Assembly (NCBI GenBank): GCA_965208125.1
Contig: OZ242320.1
Coordinates: 4,384,001-4,448,000 of the forward strand
Source: Candidatus Latescibacterota bacterium
Lineage (GTDB): Bacteria > Latescibacterota > UBA2968
Length of the DNA stretch: 64,000 nucleotides
Direction: 5' to 3'
Shown here: piece after piece, positions 1 to 8,057 of the stretch
Position numbering within the stretch: position 1 is the first letter of the stretch
Layout of the letters: every line of letters starts with the position of its first letter
Translations under genes and position numbers: made by a program
The notes under the pieces: model-generated
Told to the model about the DNA's origin: nothing
What the model saw: the letters and a program-made list of their open reading frames with translations, nothing else
Databases searched by the model: none

Positions 1-495
1 CGCGGTCCCGTGGTTGCCAATGGCTACCTCAACCAGCCCGAAGATACTGCCGAAGTTTTTTGCAATGGGTGGTTCCGCAGTGGCGACATGGGGTATTATC
101 GCGATATGTATAGTCATCGTTTCTACTTTATGCACAGCCGAAAAAAAGAGATCATTATCAAAGGCGGTGTCAATATATCACCTATCGCCGTTGAAAATGC
201 CCTGCTCGACGCATGTCCAGAACTCGACGCTGTTTATGTGATTGGCCTTCGTCATGACCGGTGGGGGGAAGACGTTTGTGCAGCCGCTATTTTTAGATCT
301 GGGATCAACGGGGTCAAATCAGCTCGAGATATTCTCAGACGCGGACAAAGCGGCCAAATTCCGGGCCTGAGTACTTACGAAGCCCCTTCTCGCATTATCC
401 CAATTACATTTGAAGACCGCCCGTTAACCTCTACGGGTAAAGTTCAGCGCAGTGCCCTGCAAGAGATTATCCAAAATCAGATTGACAACGCCTGA
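1..495 (+). CDS. AMP-dependent synthetase/acyl-CoA ligase, C-terminal part (5' truncated by window)
   Basis: Frame open from base 1 (RGPVVANGY). Contains GWFRSGD, RKKEIIIKGGVNISP and PLTSTGKVQR adenylate-forming motifs. Confidence 0.85.
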   Translation, partial: RGPVVANGYLNQPEDTAEVFCNGWFRSGDMGYYRDMYSHRFYFMHSRKKEIIIKGGVNISPIAVENALLDACPELDAVYVIGLRHDRWGEDVCAAAIFRSGINGVKSARDILRRGQSGQIPGLSTYEAPSRIIPITFEDRPLTSTGKVQRSALQEIIQNQIDNA

Positions 496-586
496 ACCCC
501 TGTCTGCGATTGACACAATTTGTCTGGTGTATTATATACCTGATACATTGATTGCTCGGTGGGGGAACTGACGATTGGCTGCTGAC

Positions 587-611
587 GTACGGGCGGGTTT
601 GAAACCCGCCC
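587..611. repeat. REP-like palindrome GTAC-GGGCGGGTTT-G-AAACCCGCCC
   Basis: Perfect 10-bp inverted repeat (591-600/602-611) preceded by a GTAC tetranucleotide, intergenic. Confidence 0.65.
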
Positions 612-639
612 TTTCACTGACCACTTTCCGGTGATTGTC

Positions 640-960
640 ATGGTGCGTATTCTTCTCCTTCTATTTCGTCTCTTGCGCGTACGCGGTGTTTTATCAATCA
701 TCTCTCGACTCCCAAAATACTTGCGTCTTACCTGGCGACTTTTATGGGATTCCCGCATACCCTTATTGCCCAAAGTGTTTGTCGTTTTAACCATTTTATA
801 CGGGCTTTCTCCTTTTGATATTATCCCAGAGGCGATTCTTCCGCATATCGGATTGGGAGATGACATCGTGTTTGTTATCCTGTCTATTCGCAATTTGATC
901 GCGGCCAGCCCGCAGAATATCGTTCAGGAGCACGCCCGCAAGATTGCAGAGAAGTCGTGA
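640..960 (+). CDS. DUF1232 (YkvA-like) small membrane protein
   Basis: YGLSPFDIIPE..PHIGLGDD motif, hydrophobic. ATG at 640 chosen over GTG at 631. Confidence 0.8.
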   Translation: MVRILLLLFRLLRVRGVLSIISRLPKYLRLTWRLLWDSRIPLLPKVFVVLTILYGLSPFDIIPEAILPHIGLGDDIVFVILSIRNLIAASPQNIVQEHARKIAEKS

Positions 961-963
961 TTT

Positions 964-2058
964 ATGTCCCGCATGGATTTCAAAACTCAGATCGCTGCCG
1001 ATCTTCTGACCTGGTATCGCGAGCACAAACGCGATTTGCCATGGCGACAGACAGACGATCCCTATCGCATTCTGCTGTCCGAATTTATGCTCCAGCAAAC
1101 GCAGGTCGATACTGTTATTCCCTATTACCATCGCTTTCTCGACCGATTTCCCACGGTTTTCGACCTCGCCAATGCCTCACTGGATGATGTCCTCAAAGCC
1201 TGGGAGGGATTGGGCTATTACGCTCGCGCCCGCAATTTGCACAAAGCCGCGCATTCTATTGCCACAGATTTTGGCGGTACAGTGCCCGATACTTACGACG
1301 AACTCAAATCCCTGCCCGGGTTTGGACCTTATACCACAGCCGCAGTTTTGAGCATTGCTTATGATCGCGACCATGCCGTGCTCGATGGCAATGTTATTCG
1401 CGTTGTCACGCGTCTCTTTGATATTGGTGACGACGTCACGCAAACCCGCGTCAAAAATCAATTGTGGAACCTCGCCCAGACCATGTTGCCAAAAGGTGAA
1501 GCAGGTATCTATAATCAGGCGATTATGGAACTCGGTGCAATGGTCTGTACTGCCAAAAACCCGGTGTGCGATCAGTGCCCTGTGCAAGAATACTGTGCAG
1601 CGTACAGAGCGGGCAATCCTCAGCGTCTGCCCGTCAAAGCTAAAAAGAAACCACGCCCCCATCATACGCTGTGCGCGGGTATTGTGTGGCACAATGGCAA
1701 AGTGCTCATTACCCAACGCCCACAAAACGGCTTGCTCGGCGGGCTTTGGGAATTTCCCGCAGGAACGCAACGGGATGGGGAATCTTTGCAAGATACTTGC
1801 AGGCGCAGTATAAGAGAAACCGCGGGTATCGACGTCAAAATTGACGATCGGTACCGCACCGTCAAGCACGCTTTTACGCACTTCAGTATCACCTTGCACA
1901 CTTTCCAGTGTCATTATGTCAAGGGCAGGGCGCGTCCACTCCTGTGTGACAATCTCGCATGGATTATGCGTGCCGATTTCAACGCTTATGCTTTTTCTCG
2001 CACCAGCCGCAAACTTATTGAATATCTACAACAAGATGTCCAAACCAGCCTTTTTTGA
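964..2058 (+). CDS. mutY: A/G-specific adenine glycosylase
   Basis: RDLPWR, SEFMLQQTQV, WEGLGYYARARNL, HhH LPGFGPYT, 4Fe-4S C-x6-C-x2-C-x5-C, C-terminal NUDIX-like domain (GLWEFP). Confidence 0.97.
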   Translation: MSRMDFKTQIAADLLTWYREHKRDLPWRQTDDPYRILLSEFMLQQTQVDTVIPYYHRFLDRFPTVFDLANASLDDVLKAWEGLGYYARARNLHKAAHSIATDFGGTVPDTYDELKSLPGFGPYTTAAVLSIAYDRDHAVLDGNVIRVVTRLFDIGDDVTQTRVKNQLWNLAQTMLPKGEAGIYNQAIMELGAMVCTAKNPVCDQCPVQEYCAAYRAGNPQRLPVKAKKKPRPHHTLCAGIVWHNGKVLITQRPQNGLLGGLWEFPAGTQRDGESLQDTCRRSIRETAGIDVKIDDRYRTVKHAFTHFSITLHTFQCHYVKGRARPLLCDNLAWIMRADFNAYAFSRTSRKLIEYLQQDVQTSLF

Positions 2059-2085
2059 TTTGAACACAGTCTCTGGGAGGGTTTC

Positions 2086-2904
2086 ATGAAACTCGAAAAC
2101 AAAATCGCGCTCATCACGGGTGCCGGATCGGGCATTGGCAAAGCCATTGCGCTCGAAATGGGCAATGAAGGCGCGCATATTGCCGTTAACGATCTCACTG
2201 CCGAAACAGCCGAGACCACTGCGCACCAGATCGAAGATCTCGGACGCGAGGCTCTCGTCATCCCCGCAGATGTGGCTGACTCGGAGCAGGTCGAGAATAT
2301 GGTTCAGCAGACGCTCAATCGATTTGGACGCATCGATATTCTGGTCAATAATGCCGGTGTGTACATTCCTCAAGATGGCGGTGTTACAGCTATTACAGAC
2401 GAAGCGTGGCAGCGCATTCTCGATGTCAATCTCAATGGGCCTTTTTATTGTAGTCGCGCTGTTGTCAAAGACATGATAGCGCGCAAGCAGGGCGGCAAAA
2501 TTATCAATATTTCGTCTGTGCAGGCCGAAGTCGCGCATTTTGACGCTTCTGCCTATCAGCCTTCTAAAGCCGCCGTGGTTATGCTCACGAGAACCCTTGC
2601 GGTGGAACTCGCTCCTTACAAAATTAATGTCAATGCCATTGGTCCGGGTGCTATTGCATCCGAAGGTATGGGCGCTTCACTCGGTCCTGAAGTTATCGAA
2701 GCCTACCGCAAACGCATCCCCTGGGGTGCTCGAGGATATACCCGCGATATTGGCACTGTCGCCGCCTTTCTCGCTTCGGAAGATGCGCGCTATATCACGG
2801 GCCAAAACATCTATGTCGATGGCGGTTATTTGTCTGACAGCACACCGACGGAGCTAAAATCGCAAGATCATCCCGTTTCACCAGACGACCCGGATCCGAA
2901 ATAA
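2086..2904 (+). CDS. SDR family NAD(P)-dependent oxidoreductase
   Basis: TGAGSGIG, NNAG, YQPSK catalytic motif. Confidence 0.92.
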   Translation: MKLENKIALITGAGSGIGKAIALEMGNEGAHIAVNDLTAETAETTAHQIEDLGREALVIPADVADSEQVENMVQQTLNRFGRIDILVNNAGVYIPQDGGVTAITDEAWQRILDVNLNGPFYCSRAVVKDMIARKQGGKIINISSVQAEVAHFDASAYQPSKAAVVMLTRTLAVELAPYKINVNAIGPGAIASEGMGASLGPEVIEAYRKRIPWGARGYTRDIGTVAAFLASEDARYITGQNIYVDGGYLSDSTPTELKSQDHPVSPDDPDPK

Positions 2905-2905
2905 T

Positions 2906-3652
2906 ATGATTCCCAAAAATCTCACCAATAGAACGGCCATTATCACCGGTGCCGCACAGGGTATTGGAAAAGCGATTGCTATACGCCTTGCTGGAGCCGG
3001 TGCAACTGTGGCGATTGTCGATCTCAATCTGGACAGCGCGCGCAAAACAGCTCGAGAAATCGGGGCAGATGCATTGGCTTTACCGCTCGATGTTGCAAAT
3101 GCCGAGCGTGTGCAGAATACCATTGATGAATGTCTCAATACATGGGGACGTATTGATATTCTCGTCAACAACGCGGGCATTGTGGGGCGCGATGTGCCTG
3201 TCAAAGATCTCACAGAAGGGGACTGGGACCAGGTTCTCGATATCAATCTCAAGGGAACTTTTTTGTGCTCGCGCGCCGTAATCGCGCCTATGCTCAACCA
3301 AAAAAAAGGCGCTATCGTCTCGGTTGCCTCCATAGCAGGCAAAGAAGGCAATCCCAGCATGGCACCCTATTCGGTCTCTAAAGCGGGTATTATATGTTTT
3401 ACCAAGGTCTTGGCTAAAGAACATCTCCAGGACAATATTCGCGTCAATTGCGTCTCGCCAGCTCTGATCGAAACCCCACTTTTGGCAGATGTGGAGCCAG
3501 AGCAACTCGATTACATGACTTCCAAAATTCCCCTCGGTCGCCTCGGCCAGCCAGAAGAAGTCGCCGCTGTTGTTCACTTTCTCGCATCCGACGATGCTTC
3601 TTTTGTGACCGGGCAGTGTTATGATGTCAGCGGTGGCAGGGCGACGTATTGA
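2906..3652 (+). CDS. SDR family oxidoreductase (FabG-like)
   Basis: TGAAQGIG, NNAG, YSVSK, C-terminal DVSGGRATY. Confidence 0.92.
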   Translation: MIPKNLTNRTAIITGAAQGIGKAIAIRLAGAGATVAIVDLNLDSARKTAREIGADALALPLDVANAERVQNTIDECLNTWGRIDILVNNAGIVGRDVPVKDLTEGDWDQVLDINLKGTFLCSRAVIAPMLNQKKGAIVSVASIAGKEGNPSMAPYSVSKAGIICFTKVLAKEHLQDNIRVNCVSPALIETPLLADVEPEQLDYMTSKIPLGRLGQPEEVAAVVHFLASDDASFVTGQCYDVSGGRATY

Positions 3653-3658
3653 TAGGAT

Positions 3659-3823
3659 TTACCCGAGAGGTCGCGCGCTGAATACTTCTCTCAAATAGAG
3701 AACGACCCACCCGATAGCCGTCACTGCTATCGCAACGCCCACGGCAATCAGACACAGCAGCCACCCCGGAGTTCGGGCATCTGGATCGTGATAGGGGTTT
3801 CGTCGGGAATCGTCCCAGCGCAT
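3659..3823 (-). CDS. Small single-pass membrane protein, 54 aa (not in ORF track)
   Basis: Hand translation MRWDDSRRNPYHDPDARTPGWLLCLIAVGVAIAVTAIGWVVLYLREVFSARPLG*. AGGA 7 nt upstream of ATG. Fills the gap downstream of the VOC gene on the same strand. Confidence 0.6.
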   Translation of the reverse strand: MRWDDSRRNPYHDPDARTPGWLLCLIAVGVAIAVTAIGWVVLYLREVFSARPLG

Positions 3824-3850
3824 GGTCGTGTCCTGAGTTGTATCAGCAAT

Positions 3851-4291
3851 TTATTGATTTAAATCTTCTGAAAATTCAGTGCCTTCAGGTACGTCTGTAT
3901 CGCTTTCAAAGCAGATACTAAATCCATCCGGGTCGTTCAATGAAACAACCCACGTTCCGTTTCCCACAAAGGGATTCGATACCTCGATACCTCGATGCTT
4001 GATTCTGCGATAGATCGTCAGGGCATCTTCGCACATGAATACAATCGATACGCCTTCGCCCACTTTTCCTTCGGGCATCCATGAATTGCGTCCCTCCTTT
4101 CGGTATTCTTGTAACATCAGCGCAGCGCCCCCGCATTGGAGCCAGCACCAGCGCAGCTTCCCATCCGGTGCCCATTTATGGATCATTTCAAATCCGAGAC
4201 CATCGACATAGAAGCGGACAGACGCTTTGATGTTTGATACCGAAAAGAATGGGATCGCCTGTTTGACATTTGGTTTTGCTTCAACGGTCAT
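3851..4291 (-). CDS. VOC/glyoxalase/bleomycin-resistance family protein
   Basis: SVRFYVDGLGFE and DPDGFSICF motifs; AAGGAG RBS. Confidence 0.85.
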   Translation of the reverse strand: MTVEAKPNVKQAIPFFSVSNIKASVRFYVDGLGFEMIHKWAPDGKLRWCWLQCGGAALMLQEYRKEGRNSWMPEGKVGEGVSIVFMCEDALTIYRRIKHRGIEVSNPFVGNGTWVVSLNDPDGFSICFESDTDVPEGTEFSEDLNQ

Positions 4292-4321
4292 TATTTGCTC
4301 CTTATGTTTTCCGGAGTGTAG

Positions 4322-4480
4322 TTATTGGAAGATGTAAAATTCCGCAATGTCGGGATCAATGCCGCGCACATAGAGCAATAAAATTATTGCGAGAATAATA
4401 AAGATAGCGACGCAGAGGAGGACAAATCCATGTTTTTGATACCACCATTTGGGGCGGGGGGGAATGTCGGGATCATTCAT
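4322..4480 (-). CDS. Small single-pass membrane protein, 52 aa (not in ORF track)
   Basis: Hand translation MNDPDIPPRPKWWYQKHGFVLLCVAIFIILAIILLLYVRGIDPDIAEFYIFQ*. ATG overlaps the rdgB TGA (ATGA coupling). Confidence 0.65.
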   Translation of the reverse strand: MNDPDIPPRPKWWYQKHGFVLLCVAIFIILAIILLLYVRGIDPDIAEFYIFQ

Positions 4481-5082
4481 GGTATAGGTGCTCTAAAGAG
4501 GTCGAGGATGAGAGGCAAGATGGCGCGCAAAGCCTGGCCCCGGTGGCTGATGCGATTTTTTTCGTCAGAAGATAGTTCGGCGGAAGTACAGTTGTGGGTG
4601 GGGATGAAAAAGAGCGGGTCGTAACCAAAGCCATTCTCGCCCCGGGGTGTTGTGAGGATGCGGCCCTTCCAGATAGCTTCGGAGGTCTGTACGCGGCCAT
4701 CAGGTGAGGCGAGAGCCATCGCACAGCAGAAGTGTGCGGTGCGATGGCTCTCGGGAATGTCGCGCAGGTTTTCGATGAGTTTGGCATTATTTGCTTCATC
4801 TGTGGCATTTTCCCCAGAGTAACGCGCAGAATACACGCCGGGTGCGCCGTTTAAGGCGTCAACCACAAGGCCAGAGTCATCAGCCAAAGCAGGCAAGCCC
4901 GTGTATTTTGCAATTTCACGGGCTTTTTTTTGGGCATTGGCTTCAAAGGTGTCTCCGTCTTCGGTCACTTCGGGCGCATTGGGAAATGCATCGAGCGATA
5001 CGACCTGAATATCAGAGCCGAGCATGTCCTGGATTTCCCTGCGTTTGCCCTGATTGCGGGTGGCGAGTATGAGGGTAGGCAT
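4477..5082 (-). CDS. rdgB: XTP/dITP diphosphatase (non-canonical purine NTP pyrophosphatase)
   Basis: ATRNQGK, ADDSGL, APGVYSARY, GFGYDPLF, KNRISHRG; downstream of rph. Confidence 0.96.
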   Translation of the reverse strand: MPTLILATRNQGKRREIQDMLGSDIQVVSLDAFPNAPEVTEDGDTFEANAQKKAREIAKYTGLPALADDSGLVVDALNGAPGVYSARYSGENATDEANNAKLIENLRDIPESHRTAHFCCAMALASPDGRVQTSEAIWKGRILTTPRGENGFGYDPLFFIPTHNCTSAELSSDEKNRISHRGQALRAILPLILDLFRAPIP

Positions 5083-5084
5083 GG

Positions 5085-5112
5085 GTTTGAAGTGTGAAGT
5101 TTGAAGTGTGAA
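5085..5112. repeat. Heptamer tandem repeat (GTKTGAA)x4
   Basis: GTTTGAA GTGTGAA GTTTGAA GTGTGAA, 2 nt from the rdgB start codon. Confidence 0.8.
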
Positions 5113-5159
5113 GGAAGAAGGGAGAAATTCACCCGGCTTTGTAGGGTAACTGACTACTA

Positions 5160-5873
5160 TTATGCCAAAACATCACGCTGGAGTTGCGTGATTTCGGAGA
5201 TGCCCTTTTGGGCGAGGGCGACCAGGTGTTGCATCTGGTCGAATGTGAAGGGGTTTCCTTCGGCTGTGCCCTGTACCTCGACAAAGTTGCCCTGACCGGT
5301 CATGACGATATTCATATCCACTTCTGCAGTTGCATCTTCGGCATAACACAAATCGAGCATGGGGGTATTGCCAATGATGCCCACGCTAACGGCGGCAACG
5401 GAATCCCCAAGAGGATTTTTGGTAATACTACCCTCATTTTTGAGCTTGTTAATCGCATCGATGACTGCAACATAAGCTCCCGAGATTGAGGCTGTGCGGG
5501 TGCCGCCGTCGGCCTGTAACACATCGCAGTCGATCCAGAGGGTGCGCGAGCCGAGTTTTTTCAGATCGATCACGGCGCGCAGTGCGCGGCCAATTAAGCG
5601 TTGAATTTCTTGGGTTCGGCCCTTAGTACCGCGCGTTTCGCGCTCGCTACGCGTATGGGTTGAACGGGGCAACATGGCGTATTCCGCCGTGATCCAACCC
5701 GTGTTTTTACCCACGAGAAAATGGGGTACGCGGTTTTCAACACTCACTGTGCATATAACGTGTGTGTCACCCATTTTGATCAGTGCCGATCCCTCGGCGT
5801 GTTTCATAAATCCGCGTTCAATACTCACGGGACGCAATTGATCTGGGTGGCGTCCATCAATGCGCTGGGTCAT
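5160..5873 (-). CDS. rph: Ribonuclease PH
   Basis: [36 protein letters not shown]. Start reassigned to ATG 5873 after AAAGGAG. Confidence 0.97.
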   Translation of the reverse strand: MTQRIDGRHPDQLRPVSIERGFMKHAEGSALIKMGDTHVICTVSVENRVPHFLVGKNTGWITAEYAMLPRSTHTRSERETRGTKGRTQEIQRLIGRALRAVIDLKKLGSRTLWIDCDVLQADGGTRTASISGAYVAVIDAINKLKNEGSITKNPLGDSVAAVSVGIIGNTPMLDLCYAEDATAEVDMNIVMTGQGNFVEVQGTAEGNPFTFDQMQHLVALAQKGISEITQLQRDVLA

Positions 5874-5886
5874 AAATGCTCCTTTG

Positions 5887-6738
5887 TTACTGCGAACCGA
5901 TCCATCTTTCTTCGGGGTTGCCCAATTCTCGGAAGTCGTATCCGTCAACGTGAATGATATGACACATTTCGAGGAAGCGAGAATAGATGCGCCCCTGCGC
6001 GAGTTCTTTTAATTCGTCGGCTTTCTGATTTGTGGTCACAAATGTCAGGCGTCGATTGGCATAGCGGGCATCAATGAGGTTGTAGAGGATTTCCATTTCC
6101 CATTCGGTATTGCGCTGCACGCCAAAGTCGTCAATGACGAGATAGGGCACATTGCTCAATACTTCAATCATGGGCATGGCCTGCCCATGCGTGTCACTGC
6201 TTTCGTCAAATGTATGTCTGAGTTCTTGAAAGCTCTTTGAAAGTGAGATGAATTTGCCGGGTTTTACAAATCGAAAAATGAGTTCGTTGAGCAAGATATA
6301 TGCAAAATAAGTTTTTCCACGGCCTGGCTCGCCCCATAAATAGAAGCCTTTGATCGATTCTTTGTTGCCGTAAAGATTATCGACCAGGGTGCTGAAATAG
6401 GACTTGAGGAGTATGGCTTCCCGGTTGGGCTGACCATTGTCGTACTGCTCCTTAAAGTCCTGTAAGAACTTAAAGCGAAAAGGCGCGGGAATGCCCGATT
6501 TCTGGATGTACCTGTCAACGTGGTGTCTCTTCATCCTAAAGGAATAACACGAGCACCAGGTGGGTTCGCCGCTCTTTGTATCAAGGACCATAAAAGGCGA
6601 CTTGCCGCCGCATCGACAGTGCTCGAGGACTTTTGGAGAAAGTTTGATTTCGCCGTGAAGCCCCGCTTTGACATGAGGGTCATAGTAATAGCCCAGATCA
6701 TTGGGGGGGAGGTCAATGCCTGTTATTTGTGTAGATAT
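5887..6738 (-). CDS. DnaC/DnaI/IstB-like AAA+ ATPase with N-terminal Cys (Zn) motif; start uncertain (first ATG 6591, proposed ATA 6738)
   Basis: Walker A GEPGRGKT, Walker B LVIDDFG, TTN and RIYSR motifs. Frame stays open upstream of ATG 6591 through HCRCGG to the smpB stop. Confidence 0.8.
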   Translation of the reverse strand: MSTQITGIDLPPNDLGYYYDPHVKAGLHGEIKLSPKVLEHCRCGGKSPFMVLDTKSGEPTWCSCYSFRMKRHHVDRYIQKSGIPAPFRFKFLQDFKEQYDNGQPNREAILLKSYFSTLVDNLYGNKESIKGFYLWGEPGRGKTYFAYILLNELIFRFVKPGKFISLSKSFQELRHTFDESSDTHGQAMPMIEVLSNVPYLVIDDFGVQRNTEWEMEILYNLIDARYANRRLTFVTTNQKADELKELAQGRIYSRFLEMCHIIHVDGYDFRELGNPEERWIGSQ

Positions 6739-6744
6739 GATAAC

Positions 6745-7215
6745 TTACCTCCCACTTCGGATGCGTACCTTCAGCGCTTGTTCGACTTCGCGTTGGGCAT
6801 CTCGACGGGCAATATCACGCCGCTTGTCAAATTGTTTTTTGCCGCGTGCCACGCCGAGTTCGACTTTGGCTTTGCCGCGTTTGAAATAGAGTTTGAGGGG
6901 AATTAGTGTATGGCCTCTTTCATTGATATATCCCCTCAGGCGGTTGATTTCATGGCGGTGGAGCAGCAATTTTCGTTTGCGCTCGGTGTCATGGTTAAAC
7001 TGGTTGCCCTGTGCATATTCGCTGATATGCGTGTTGTGCAAATAGGCTTCCCCGCCCTCAATACGCGCATAGCCATCTTTCAAATTGGCCCGGCCTTCGC
7101 GCAGGGCTTTGACTTCTGTGCCTCGCAATTGCAAGCCGGCTTCATAAGTGCTGAGGATGTGATAATCGCGCCGTGCTTTTCGGTTTTGCGCGATGATTTT
7201 GATGTTTTCTGGCAT
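6745..7215 (-). CDS. smpB: SsrA-binding protein
   Basis: [37 protein letters not shown]. Confidence 0.98.
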   Translation of the reverse strand: MPENIKIIAQNRKARRDYHILSTYEAGLQLRGTEVKALREGRANLKDGYARIEGGEAYLHNTHISEYAQGNQFNHDTERKRKLLLHRHEINRLRGYINERGHTLIPLKLYFKRGKAKVELGVARGKKQFDKRRDIARRDAQREVEQALKVRIRSGR

Positions 7216-7226
7216 TAGACCTCCGC

Positions 7227-8057
7227 TTATATATCAGGCTGAAGGATTTGCATGAGATCTTCGAGTTTTTTTGCGCGGTTTGGGTCGTCCAGGTTTAGAT
7301 ACGTATATCTGAGGTTGTTCATCATGCGAAAGAGCGTGAAGCGGTTGCTGGCTTGAGAAAAGAGATCTTTTGGAATTTCTTTCCCAATGAGGTCGGCGCA
7401 TTCATTTGCCGTGAGGATCTGCCCCCGATTGTGCGGGTCAATATAAATATGTTGATCGTTTTGGGTGTATTTGACGATGTAGTGGCTGGGTAGTGCAACG
7501 CCTGAGATGGGCAATTCCAGGCGCTGTGCGAGAATGAGATAGACCGCTGAAAGCGTGATCGGCCAGCCGCGCCTGCGATCGATTACGCGGTTGAAATACG
7601 TGTCGTCGGGATCATAGCGGGTCGATGCGTGAAACCCTTGCTCGTCAAAGAGATAATGATTGAGTGTGCGAATGATGCGGATGGGATGATCGTCGGGAGC
7701 AATCCTGGGCGCGAGTTCAAAGGCCATGTATCCCAGGCGCGTTTTGTAAGCACTTTCATCGAGGTCGGGATATCCGAATCGCGCCAGTGCAAAGACGCCT
7801 TCTTCGAGGGCAATATCGCCGTGTTGGTCGCGTGTGAGATTGCGAAACCGCATGTCGAGAGACGGTTCTCTAAATCGCCTGAGTACGCGGCTGACTTCTC
7901 GATGTGCGCGTGAGTCTTCGGCGCAGGCACTGTGAATTTCGCGTGTGGCCTTCTCGCCTAAATCATACAGTTTTTGGCGCAGGCGATCCGCAATGTCGGG
8001 GGAGGCGTCCGACAGAAGCGATACAATGGCGCAGATTTGTTTGGGGTGGAGTTTCAT
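7227..8057 (-). CDS. SirB1/transglutaminase-like family protein
   Basis: [46 protein letters not shown] pattern. Confidence 0.8.
   Translation of the reverse strand: MKLHPKQICAIVSLLSDASPDIADRLRQKLYDLGEKATREIHSACAEDSRAHREVSRVLRRFREPSLDMRFRNLTRDQHGDIALEEGVFALARFGYPDLDESAYKTRLGYMAFELAPRIAPDDHPIRIIRTLNHYLFDEQGFHASTRYDPDDTYFNRVIDRRRGWPITLSAVYLILAQRLELPISGVALPSHYIVKYTQNDQHIYIDPHNRGQILTANECADLIGKEIPKDLFSQASNRFTLFRMMNNLRYTYLNLDDPNRAKKLEDLMQILQPDI

Noticed and set aside
510-538. Promoter TTGACA-N17-TATATA upstream of the DUF1232-mutY run
   Set aside because: Plausible, but the -10 lacks the conserved final T, so it is not listed as a feature.
5887-6591. IS21 element suggested by the IstB-like ATPase
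   Set aside because: No IstA transposase or terminal inverted repeats; housekeeping context.
6745-7226. tmRNA (ssrA) next to smpB
   Set aside because: Flanks are coding and no tRNA-like GGGG...CCA ends were seen.
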